This document shows positions 53,090 to 64,000 of a stretch of DNA of 64,000 bases, piece by piece. Below the pieces are notes generated by a model. That model saw nothing but the letters and a program-made list of their open reading frames with translations, made no database searches and was not told the origin of the DNA. Made by a program: the position numbers and the translations under genes. This DNA comes from Isurus oxyrinchus (Eukaryota), in the NCBI GenBank assembly GCA_026770705.1, contig JANJGN010000001.1, positions 165,540,001 to 165,604,000 on the forward strand, given 5' to 3'. The number at the start of each line of letters is the position of its first letter. Position 1 is the first letter of the stretch.

Positions 53090-53718
53090 CATATCACTGG
53101 GACACATCTGATTGGATGCCCAATGTTCAACTACCTGGTATCCAGGAGTACCCACAGTATGAGGTAGTGGAACATCCAGCCCCTCTTTATTCTGATCCGA
53201 ATGCCATTGACACAGACTACTATCCTGGCGGGTATGACATTGAAAGTGATTTCCCGCCTCCTCCAGATGATTTTCCAATTCATGAGGAGCTACCACCATT
53301 GCCCCCAGAATACAATGAGTTTGATTCCATACAGCCGCCACGGGACATGCCCACGGCTGGAAGTCTGAATTCAACGTCGCAAAGTAGACAGCATTTTAAC
53401 ATGAATCAGTATCTGCCCCATCACCACTATTCAGCAAACCTCTCAGAACCTCAGAATGCAGTCCCTGCTGGAAGCAGTTACAGAGGGGCCTACCCACCCT
53501 ACTCTTTAACATATAATGATGACTTTGAACCGCCCAGCATGGACAACATGTCTATGTCTGTGTACACATCCACTACCGCCTCTTGCTCTGATGTTTCGGC
53601 GTGCTGTGAGATGGAAGAATCTGAAGTCATGATGAGTGACTATGAAAGTGGGGATGAAGGCCACTTTGATGATGTGACTATTCCACCACTGGATTCTCAA
53701 CAACACACAGAAGTCTGA
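53090..53718 (+). CDS. FAT1: FAT1 terminal coding exon (~27), cytoplasmic tail ending HTEV*
   Basis: ggcaaaag|CA TAT CAC TGG; YHWDTSDWMP, DFPPPP (EVH1 ligand), SCSDVSACC, C-terminal HTEV PDZ ligand diagnostic of FAT1; TGA 53716-53718. Confidence 0.97.
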
Positions 53719-54655
53719 TGATTAACAAAAATTAAAGTGCCTGGGCTTTAACTGAAATGCATCATGTTACAGCTTCTATATTGGACAAGTACTCAATGTT
53801 GTTTTTGCATATTGGTTTGCAAGTATTGTTGATGAGCTAATTCCAGCATGGCTGCACTGGATCATGCAGCATGTTCCTACACATCAGTTTCTTTTTTTCT
53901 GAGTTACTGCAACTGGACTTAATAATTTTCATTTACATTGGCTGTGCCATTTCAGAATGTGGTTTTGTATCAGTATCAACATGCAAAGTATTGAAGGATT
54001 TTGATATCTGGCATTATAGTAACAAAACACCTTATCATTGTGGTATTCTTGGTCTGTATTTATGTAGTCCTCCTAATAATCCAGAGATTAATTTTTTTAA
54101 GATTTTTTTCCTGTCCTGCGATTTCTTTTGTAAATTTAATGTACAGTTCTGATTTAAATAGTTTAAACTAGATTTTGTAGATATTATGTGGATTTGTTTC
54201 CAGAATTTTAGTGCTGTTCAAGTATGTTAATCATTTGCATTGACATTGGCATACCCTGACAGTTGTGTGCAAACTAGTGATTGGGGTTTTACTCTTAAGT
54301 TTATTATTTCCAGTGAATTTAAACATTTCACCATAAACATTTTACCAAATGTACCAAAATGCCAAGTTGGTATGAATGAGTAGGTTTGTTTTGCTATGTT
54401 GTTTGAGTCTGATACATAAAAAAATGTCTTAACAGTGAGTGATTGCATTTCTAATTGTAAATTGTGTGGAATTATTTTTCAGTAAAAGGGGACCTACTGA
54501 ATTTTTAGAACCAAACTTTGCATAACCTGACAATGACTTTCTAAAGTTCTCTTTATGTGGTGCAATGGTCCTGAGGGTTTTTTTTTAATGAAACTCCCAT
54601 TAGCATACACTTACTTACTTTGCATTGGTAATAAATTGTGGAAAATTAATTGCCT
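53719..54655 (+). other. FAT1: FAT1 3' UTR (approximate)
   Basis: Repeat-free AT-rich sequence after the stop, up to the first AATAAA; end inferred. Confidence 0.55.
54630..54635 (+). terminator. Candidate polyadenylation signal AATAAA (alternative ATTAAA at 55168-55173)
   Basis: Canonical hexamer followed by a GT/T-rich tract (ttttactgtgtctttgtg). Confidence 0.55.
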
Positions 54656-55530
54656 TTTACTGTGTCTTTGTGAATTCGAATAGAGTTGAACTTTGCTAGA
54701 GAAGAGTTCAGAAATACATTAACAAAACAATTATGCTCAGATAATTTGTTCTTTGTAGATACTGTGTCCTTGAATTTCCATAGGCATTTTCTCAATCGCT
54801 TACAGTAGCCCTGAGGAGATCAGGGCAACTTAAATGGAAATTCATATATGCGTGTATACATATGTAAAAAAACACACACAGGATGTACATCTGTCTACAA
54901 ATTATTTTCTGTAACCCTTTTCATGTCAGCATTTATCCTGGGAAAACCATATTGATGCATTCATAATGCTGAAGCTGTATGTCAGTTTTACAATGGGAAA
55001 GTAATAATTTCTTCACTCAAACGCTTTTGGAAATAATAATGTTTATTATATTTTTTCTCTGATTCAAATTTCTAATGTCCAAAACAAATGAAAAAAGTCA
55101 AATTGCATATCTCACAGCAGCATAGTGAAATTTGCTTGCTCACTTTCTTGTGTCTTGAAATACATTCATTAAAGTTTTTTTTTAACTTCAAGGCCTCAGC
55201 TTGTCTCAAGAACCTCAACTTCAACTGTATATTTTTATCTCATAATAGTTAGCGTGTACGACCACATCTGTACATTTGAGAAAATGCACTGTGCAGGATT
55301 TTCCAGTGTGTAATCTGTAGATTGAAGGGCGTGCCCCTCATTTTCTGAGCATTTGGCAGTTTTTTTTCCTATTCCTAAACGATTTGAAACAAACTTGCCG
55401 AGTTCTCAAAGGTTTTGTTGTAGGCAAGTGTTACTTAGTAAGCAATGCTCTTTTCTGTTATGAATTACTCAGCACCAGTGATTGTAGTTTCTTTGTTAAT
55501 AGAAAAAAAATGAGTTTACTAACTTATTTT

Positions 55531-56131
55531 AGTCACTTGCCTTTATTTTGGCTGTGTATTCAGTTCAAAAATCTGATACCTAAATTATTTTTTTTTAGTA
55601 TTTTGTTGTGATTTCTATTTTTAATGGATATTTATGTTTTGGGACTATGTATGAACAAACTCAGTAAAGCATATATTTTTGCATTTCTGTGCTGTTGATG
55701 CACACTCATAGCACATATAATAATTATACAATAGCAAGTCAATGTCTTTCCATCCATTAATTTTACAATGCATAAATTTAGAATTAAATGTTTTAAAGCA
55801 GGATTATAAAAATAAGAAATGCTGATGGGACCTGGAGTTACTTGCCTCTATTTTGGCTGTGTATTCAGTTCAAAAATCTGATACATAAATAATTTTTTTT
55901 GGAATTTTGTTGTGATTTCCAATTTTAATGGATATTTATGTTTAGGGACTGTATATATGAGCAAACTCAGTAAAGCATATATTTTTGCATTTCTGTGCTA
56001 TTGGTGCACGTTCGTAGCACAAATAACAACTATACAATAGCAAGCCAATGTCTTTCCATCCATTAATTTTACAATGCATAAATTTACTCTTTAAATGTTT
56101 TAAAGCAGGATTATAAAAATAAGAAATGCTG
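55531..56131. repeat. Tandem duplication of ~295 bp (55531-55824 and 55836-56131)
   Basis: Two colinear diverged copies of AT-rich sequence, period ~305 bp. Confidence 0.92.
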
Positions 56132-56997
56132 GAGTAGCTGAGTGCGAAATGGATTGTGCACTGGTTGGATGAGTGGGGCTGCTGAGAGAGGATGGACCTA
56201 ATGGTCCAAATGGGAACAATTGCAATTCTGGAATTTTCACACAATATGAAAAGGCGCACAGAGCCTCTTAGTAGTTTGCAGGCTACCAGCTACTCATGTT
56301 TAACAAATGTTCGTGTTTTCCCTTATTTGTCAGGTATTTAAAGTATAATTTTTGTTTCATTTGATGAGAGTGATGCTTTTATCGTAAGCCACTTGATGTG
56401 TGATGTTTTTCTTATTTTTTCACATGATATATAGGGTATCCAGTTGCAGGGATTGGCTTAATATTTCTGGCCACTAAATTTTGAGATGGAACCTATTGGA
56501 ATCCCTTGGTGGCCTCCCAGTTTTAGGTCAGTCTAGATGAGAGATTTTCTTTTCCTGGTGGCTAGCCTCAAGCCTGCTACACAGAGTTTTAAACCCACCA
56601 ACCTCTCAACCCATGAGCTCTGCCTGTAACCCTTCATCAGACTGATGCCATGGCTGCATTCTGAATCTGCCTGAGCCTTGTGCCCACCACCCATAGAAAC
56701 TTTACAGCAATGAAAAGGATATTCATCCCATCATACCTGTGCTTGGCTATCTTGCACCTATCCAAAACTAATCCCACCATTTCGCTCTATCCATAGCTTT
56801 GAATCTTTGCTTCAAATCTTTATCTAATTTTTCCCTCAAAAGAAACACTAATCTATGGATCAACAACTCCATGTGGCGAAAATGCTGTTTCTTTGAAAGA
56901 GAAGGAGGGGCAAATGGTTGTGCATGGTACATTAAGAACTCCAAAGGGAGCTCAACATTTAGGGTATAGGAGCCTAACACTCAGTTTTGAACACTAA

Positions 56998-57114
56998 GGG
57001 CAGAATTTTATGCTAGTGGGATTTTACAGTCCTTCCGATGTCAACGTACTTTTGAATGGCTCTCCCCAATTTAAGGCACTGCGCTCACAATGATGGGGCG
57101 GTAAAATTCAGCCC
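56998..57114. mobile_element. 117-bp Harbinger-type mini-MITE
   Basis: taa|GGGCAGAATTTTA...TAAAATTCAGCCC|taa; canonical TAA TSD. Confidence 0.8.
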
Positions 57115-57976
57115 TAACAGTCATTTGTCTTGAGATAAACATGTTACAAGGAAATGAACTATATGATTTTCTTTTGAATTTGGGGGCAAGTTTAAACTAC
57201 AGTCATTTTGAATAATTTTGATTTTGCCAGCATTTAAAATACATTAAATCATTTTATTTTAATTATACAATAGCCTTTTTACTGATACATCACCAGCAAA
57301 AATTAAGTGCAAATTTTGAATAAAATGCCCACAAACAAATTTGACTTATTCTTAAAACTAGGCAGTAAAATCGGTTTAAAATAAACTCATGATTCAGATT
57401 TGCGTAATTTGCTTTTATGACTTGAGAGTTGCACTATACCTTGCAGCATAACTCATTTTCCATTTATTTTGCACTTAATTTTCTGTCAATTAATAAGACA
57501 ACAAAACTGAGTTCTTTAAAAGATCAATCATGCACCATGAAATTTGATGCATAAATTGTTTTGCCAACATATTTTTAATTCCTGATTTGCTAGTGCTCTT
57601 AGAATATGCTTTTTAGAAGTGTGTAGAGAGCTGATTTTTTTCCCTCCTTCGTAATACAGTTGAATTGTGATAATGTGATTCATTTGACCAGCAGACAAAA
57701 ATATCAGTGAAACCTACTGATCAGAATATGAGAAGTTAGCAATCGCTGCATGTTGTACTGATCCTATAATCCTGCAATCTGTGCTGCACTGCTGAGCGGT
57801 TCTGTTCAACATTTCACTGGTGCTATAAACAAATAAGATAGATAGTTTGCTCAGCCTCCCCTGTTGCTAGACTGCTCAGAATGTTACTGCTGTAAAAATG
57901 TTAATGTTTTTGTTTTGTTCCATTCACTGCCTTCAACCCAAAAACTGCACTCTAAATGGATTGTAACTTAGCTGTT

Positions 57977-58520
57977 CACAACAACAACTTGAAAAATATA
58001 TAGCACAATGTCCCAAGGGGCTTCACAGGAGAATTATCAGACAAAAATTGACATTAAACCAAAGAACAGGAGACGTTTAGAGAGATGACTAAAAGCTTGA
58101 TCGAAGAGGTAGGTTTTACAGTCACCTTAAAGCAGGAGGGAGAGGTTTAGAGAAGGAATTCCAGAGCTTGGGGCCTAGACAACTGAAGGTATGGCTACCA
58201 ATGATGGACAAACAAAGTGGATGATGCACAAGAGTGCAGAGTTGGAGGAACACTGAGTTCTCGGAGGGATGTAGAGTTAGAGAAGGTTACAGAGATGTGA
58301 AGGTATGAGTCCATGAAGGGATTCGAACAGGAGGATGAAAACTTTACATTTGAAGTATTGGTGAACCAGGAGACAATGGAGGGCAGTGAATACAGGAGCG
58401 ATGGTCAAACTGAACATGGTTTCGAATAGGACATGGCCTACAGTGTTTTCAGATAGAATTCACCCTCAAGTTTATGAAGGGTGAAAGATGAGGAGCTGGC
58501 CAAACAAGCAATGGAAAGTG
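57977..58520 (-). mobile_element. L2 LINE 3' fragment
   Basis: (caa)n tail and gaattccagagcttggggcctagacaactgaagg block shared with 44695-45176. Confidence 0.7.
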
Positions 58521-59572
58521 CTCGTGAATGCTGAACATCCTCAACATTCTATATAGCTAAGGCTACCCAAAGCAGTCTTTTAGTAGTTACCTGTTCGTAT
58601 GTTAGATTGTGGAAACCAGCAAATGTCACAGTGGTCCTTCAACAATTTGATCACTGCAGTTGATTGCTACTGGTCACTTCAAATTATCACAACAGCAAAG
58701 TGTTACATGGGCTGTTGTTTTGGAAAGTAGAATTTGATTGTTTGAAGCAACTGATCAATATAAATGGTAATCAGCATAAAAGGATTCCACTGTAGAATTA
58801 TGGCTAGCATTTCCAAGGATAAATGCACTGTGCAATTGAACCACATAAACCAGGAAGGTCCACAGATTTGTTTCCCTGATCTGTGCCAAAATAACCATCT
58901 TCTGGTGGTGTGGCAGTTGGAGGTACTACAGCTGACATTTGCATACCTAGCACCCAGGATATAAGCAGTCAAAATTTTGGTTGATTCCAGTTATGGGGGT
59001 GGAGTTTATGGCTGGCGGCAGTGGTGTAACGTTCTTAAAGTGAAACATTCAGAACTCAGAACTGCACATGCTGTTAGAGCATGGCTGTTTTGTTTTCTGA
59101 CCCCTGCTGGCACACTTCTTTAGACAAGTATGGTGAACTCAAATGAACAATACACACAATACCCTACATCCCTCCACTGCTTCCCATTTGCCAAAAATAG
59201 TGAATTTCAGTGGTCTGTTTTCAAAAGCATAAACAATGTTAACGTTAAAATTAAACGTATTCAACTTCACCTGTAATGCTATTACATCTATAATCTTGTC
59301 CACTTTTTTTAAAGGCAGACTTATGGTAAATGTTTACTATTATATATGCAAACTTTTGCATTTATTTAACAATGCAATCAGGCATGTACAATGAGATGAA
59401 AGATTTGTTCAACAATTGAAAATAGATCACTTTATAACATAACTGCTTAAGTATAGTGGACATCTTCTCTCATTGGATATTGATGTTTGATATCAGGAGT
59501 ATTGTGTTATTTAACACATTCTTCATCAGAGATGTTCACAGTTGAAACTGATTCAGTGCTTGTGAATCACCT

Positions 59573-60235
59573 TTTTTTTATTCATTCATGAGATTTGGGT
59601 GTCGCTGACTAAGTCAGCATTTATTGCCCATCCCTAATTGTCCTTGAGTAGGTGGTGGTGAGCTGCCTTCTTGAATTGCTGCAGTCCGTGTGGTGTAGGT
59701 ACACCCACAGTGCTGTTCGGAAGGAAGTTCCAGGACTTTGACCCAATGACAGTGAAGGAACGGAGATATATTTCCAAGTTAGGATGGTGAGTGACTTGGA
59801 GGGGAGCTTACAGGTGGCGGTGTCACCAAGTATCTGCTGCTATTGACCTACTTGGTAGTGGTCATGGGTTTGGAAGCCTAAGGATCCTTGGTGAACTTCT
59901 GCAGTACATCTTGTAGATGGTACACACTGCTGCCACTGTGCGCTGTGGTGGAGGGAGTGAATGTGGATGGCATGCCAATCTAGCAGACTGCTTTTGTCCT
60001 GGATGGTGTGGAGTTTCTTGAGTGTTGTTGGACCTGCACTCATTCAAGAAAGTGGAGAGGATTCCATCACATTCCTGACTTGTGCCTTGTAGATGGTGGA
60101 CAGACTTTTGGGAGTCAGGAGGTGAGTTACTTGCCGCAGGATTCCCAGCCTCTGACCGGCTCTTGTAGTCACAGTATTTATATGGCTGGTCTGGTTCAGT
60201 TTCTGGTCAATGGTAACCCCCCAGGATATTGATAG
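59573..60235 (-). mobile_element. CR1/L2-group LINE 3' part
   Basis: GVTIDQKLN...RAGQRLGILRQVTHLLTPKSLSTIYKAQVRNVME; 3' tail ending atgaatgaataaaaaa. Confidence 0.85.
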
Positions 60236-60239
60236 TATT

Positions 60240-63200
60240 ATTTCCTGTGATGATTTGCAAACCATGCTTAGAAGTGAACATTGATCCTTTTGTATTGGAC
60301 GCAACAAATGGCTGTATGTCATAGGTTGTTTTCCAACATGTTCTTCACATTTCACAAGCACTGTTACCTTCTGGCATTAGTATTGTAGCTCTAAGTTTCA
60401 TGTTTCTCTCTGATTTGATTTTAATTTGGTTCTTTGGCTCTTGATCATTTTCATGTAAGTGTTGATCATTAGCTTTGCATAGTAGCTTACAAAGACCTGT
60501 GATGAATGTAATTGGAGGCTTTCCAATTATCGAGTGAGAAGTCACTCTAATTGCAAAGAAAGTAATACAACTCCTTCCATGACTCACTTTCAGCTGTGGC
60601 TGTATGGATCAGTTTTTTCAAGGAATGCATAAATCTTTCAACTTCTCCATGAGCTCTTAGCCAATGGGGTGTGATCTTTTTTCTTGGTGAGTGAAGCCCA
60701 GGTAGTTTGCAACTTTACTGAACTCCTCACTATTGAATAGGGGTCCATTGTGACTGTTCACTGTTTCAGGGACTCCAAACAAGGCAAAATACTGGTCAAG
60801 ATTTGGGATAACTGCTTTCGTTGAGGTCGATATAACTATTCCTATTTTGGGAATCTGCTGTGACAGCATGCAGGTGTTTGCCATTGTACAAGTCTGCAAA
60901 ACCAATGTTAACTTTAATCCATGGGCCCTCAGGAAGTTCAGACATCATGAGAAGGTCATGAAGAGTTGACATTGTGGCCATTTGGCATGGTAATCACTGA
61001 CTGATTTTGTGCTCCACCATGCAGTCAATTCCTGGGCACTGTACCTTTTCCTGAAAGGATTTGTTTTGCCAATTCCCTGGTGACCTTATTTATATCCCTT
61101 GCCATATAAGGATCTCACATACGACTTGCATATTCCAGCACTGGGTGAACAAATGTTTGGTCAGCTATAACTCCAATACTTTGTTGCAATATCAAAGATA
61201 CCTCCTCAAAAATCCAAGAACTCTGTTTTCTTTGGAAGTTATCTGCTGAATGTGGAATCCCCATTGAAGGTTTTTGACCCTCGAGGTATGTTGGCGAATT
61301 TGATTACAGAACTTAAAGCTGTCTTGGTGGTGGACCCTTTTTTTTTGGTAAGACACATGATATAGCATTTTTTGGCATCGAATGCCATCCCCCTATTGAT
61401 CCTGCCATTTTTGCAATTCTAGAAGATCACCTTGCAGTGAATTGATATAATCTTGAAGTTCCTTGATGAGTAAACCACACAGTCATCTGCAAATAGTTGA
61501 ACCCTGTTTTTTTTAAACTTGTTGAGAAGGTTATTTACATACATCAAGAAGAGCAAAGGTCCCAACACACATCCCTGGGGCACACCAGAGAGGACATCTG
61601 TAGATGTGGATGATACCCCATCACACACCACCCTTTGCCTTCTATCGGTAAAGAAATGCCGTATCCAATTCAATAATTCAATAATCCCATGCGATTGAGA
61701 GTGTTCTCTCTCTCTTTGCGAATACGGCTGCTCCACAGGCATTAGTGATCTTCTTGCCATTGAAACAATTGACAAGTTACTTTGTCTTTCTGCACAAGAA
61801 CTGTACCTAATTTAACTGGCTTGCATCCATCACCAGATGGATGGTTTTTTCAGTGTCGAAATAGGCATTTGTGTAACTTGCTGACAATCATTGTTTAATC
61901 TGGTATACAGCCTGTTTGTGCGAATAAGTCCATTCCCACTTGGTCTCTTTCATCACGTTGGGGAGGGGCAAGATAATGTAGCGAGGTCAGGAATGACATC
62001 ACTGTAGCAGCTTCTGGATTTCCTGCATATTTGTAAGACCTGCAACATTTACAATGGCTTCAACTTTCTGTGGATCAGGTGATGTCCTTCACCGCTGAAC
62101 ACATGATGGAAGAATTCAATCTGCTTTAATTGAACAAGCACTCGTCTTTGCTCAAAGTGAGGTTATATTCTCTAAGATATTGTAGTCATGCATATAGACC
62201 TGCCTCAAGTTCACTTTCAGTGCAACCATAGATGAGAATGTCATCGTTAATGTTCATCCTGCTTTGAAGTCCTTGAAATGTTAACTTGATCATGTGTTGA
62301 AATACCTTAGTTGCTGAGTTGACTCCAAAGCTGAGTCTCTTATATCTAAAAAGTTTGATATGAGTGGAGAATACTGTAAGATACCTTGATTTTTCTGCAA
62401 GTTTGATTTGGTGGTAGCCTGTATTGAAGTCAAGTTTAGCGAAGCCTTTAGCACCATTAACTTTCTCCACGGTGTTGACAATTGTCAGTTCAAGTGCCTT
62501 TCCTATTATGTTTGTTTGATTTGGTAGCCGCATAATAGCGCAAATTTTAATCTTGATCTCACTCTTGGGTTTCTTGACGACTTGTATGGGTGAAACCCAA
62601 GGGTTGATTCTTCCCCAACCCTTTCAGTGATGTCAAGTAAACACTGAAGCTCTTTCTTTGCTTTCTCATATGAAGCGTTATTTGTCTACATTAATGTGCG
62701 ACTGAAGGCACATTAGCGTCTACATGCAGCTTGCAAGTACCACCTTTCAGTTTGTCGATACCAAGGAAGTGGTCACCAAGCAGTTCAGGAACATTGTTGG
62801 TACATGTAGGAACTGTGTATGTGATTGCAAGCATGTGCAGATCTGTGGCTGTGTGGAAACATAAGCCTGTCACATTCCCCTGATATGACAAGATACAGCA
62901 ATTGTTCTGGCATCTCTGAATGAGAGTGATGTTTCAAATATCCCAAAAACATTCAATGGTTTATCACAGTTGTAAAAGAAAATGTTTGTATTCTCTAGAT
63001 TGCAGAGAATGGCGTAGCCCTGAAGTTTGTTGAACTTTTTATCTCCCATGATGTTGACAGATGTTGCTGTATCAATTCTGAGCAGCCGATGGTCACTGTC
63101 ACATGTGGCTGGTGGCTGTGTCCAAAAGAGAGCACAGAAGTGTATTCAGGGTCATCTGCCTCTACATTTGCTACATTCTCTTGTCCTCTTGTTGTGGTAC

Positions 63201-64000
63201 ATGTACATGGCTTCCTTCTGGTGGCATTGGTCTTGGTCTTAGTCATTGATTTTGGTGATGAGTGACAAACATGAGCAAAGTGGTTGGATTTTCCACAGGC
63301 TTTACACTGTTTGCCAGTAGCAGGACACTCTGTCCAGTATAGGTAAGCAGCGCCACGGTGGAAACATTGCTTGGACAACTTTTAACTCTATTTATGAGAC
63401 TGATATTGTTGCTTTGCGGGTTGTTTCCTGGCACATGAGTGATGAACACTGTTCCCAGGAGTTAAACTTGGTGTGTGGTAGCTAATGTTGGCAGCCTCAA
63501 CTTCAATAACTCGACTTTGAAAGGGATAGTGACCTTGCTAGCTCCAACAGCTCTGACAGCTTTTTATCCTTTTCAAGTGCTTTTCTAAATCATTGATTAG
63601 ACAGACAACCTTCGATTAATTGTTTTTTTGATTTCCCATTTGACATGATCAACATTACCTAAATTACATTTGGTTGCTGGTTGCCTCAGTCATGTGCAAT
63701 ATTGGCCAATTGTCCCAACTGCTTTCTCCTTAGTGTGTCAGAAGAGAGTTTAGTTTATTGTATTCTTCTGGGATGTGAAATAGGTTGGTCGTGAATCATT
63801 TTACTGAGTCTTGGTTGTCTTGCATAGGCATAAGTGTCTCAAAAATGTCTTCCAATTCTTCAACTCCATAGTGGAGAAGTAAAACCTTTTTTTCTCTCTT
63901 CACCTGTAATTATAAAGTGTGCCATTGCACCATCGAAATATCACAGCCACTTCTGCCGATATAGGAATACAGATGATGGCTCAAAGAGCACGCCAAAGTA
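60240..64000 (-). mobile_element. Decayed Ty3/Gypsy LTR retrotransposon internal region (gag-PR-RT-IN)
   Basis: Zinc knuckle CPATGKQCKACGKSNHFAHVC; RT KLDFNTGYHQI...LFRYKRLSFGV...DDILIYG; integrase FGVPETVNSHNGPLFNSEEF; domain order RT before IN; runs off the window end. Confidence 0.9.
61337..61685 (-). mobile_element. Non-LTR (LINE) RT fragment nested in the Gypsy element
   Basis: NWIRHFFTDRRQRVV...SGVPQGCVLGPLLFLMYVN...LFADDCVVY. Confidence 0.85.

Noticed and set aside
1666-53718. Assignment as FAT3 or FAT2 rather than FAT1
   Set aside because: C-terminal HTEV, KVVDLDPCLSKKP and SESCDDN match FAT1
53944-53950. GTGCCAT miR-183 seed match in the 3' UTR
   Set aside because: A single 7-mer can occur by chance; conservation cannot be tested here
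56623-56643. Minus-strand CTGATGAAGGGTTAC, half of a hammerhead core
   Set aside because: No stem-II partner or GAAAC follows; at most a tiny PLE relic

Overview
Vertebrate genomic DNA, almost certainly from a cartilaginous fish (shark-type CR1, L2, Penelope-derived and Harbinger-MITE repeats; taxon is inferred). The window holds the 3' two-thirds of the giant atypical cadherin gene FAT1 on the + strand. It has 18 constitutive coding exons from the ~4.07-kb cadherin-repeat exon (1666-5736) to the terminal exon ending in the PDZ-binding HTEV* (53718). All have GT-AG boundaries and consistent phases, and they encode cadherin repeats, EGF repeats, a laminin-G domain, a TM helix and the cytoplasmic tail. 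Exon numbers follow human FAT1 and are inferred. The last intron contains cassette exons absent from the ORF track: a 60-nt (+20 aa) and a 36-nt (+12 aa) microexon, plus a candidate 8-aa-then-stop exon. Introns and the 3' flank carry many TEs. These include fold-back Penelope-type insertions bearing minimal hammerhead-ribozyme motifs (one with a perfect 13-bp TSD), a young tRNA-Thr-derived SINE with a structured 3' domain and 15-bp TSD, PIF/Harbinger MITEs, a solo LTR, CR1/L2/RTE LINE remnants and a decayed Gypsy element. Repeat boundaries are approximate unless a TSD is given.
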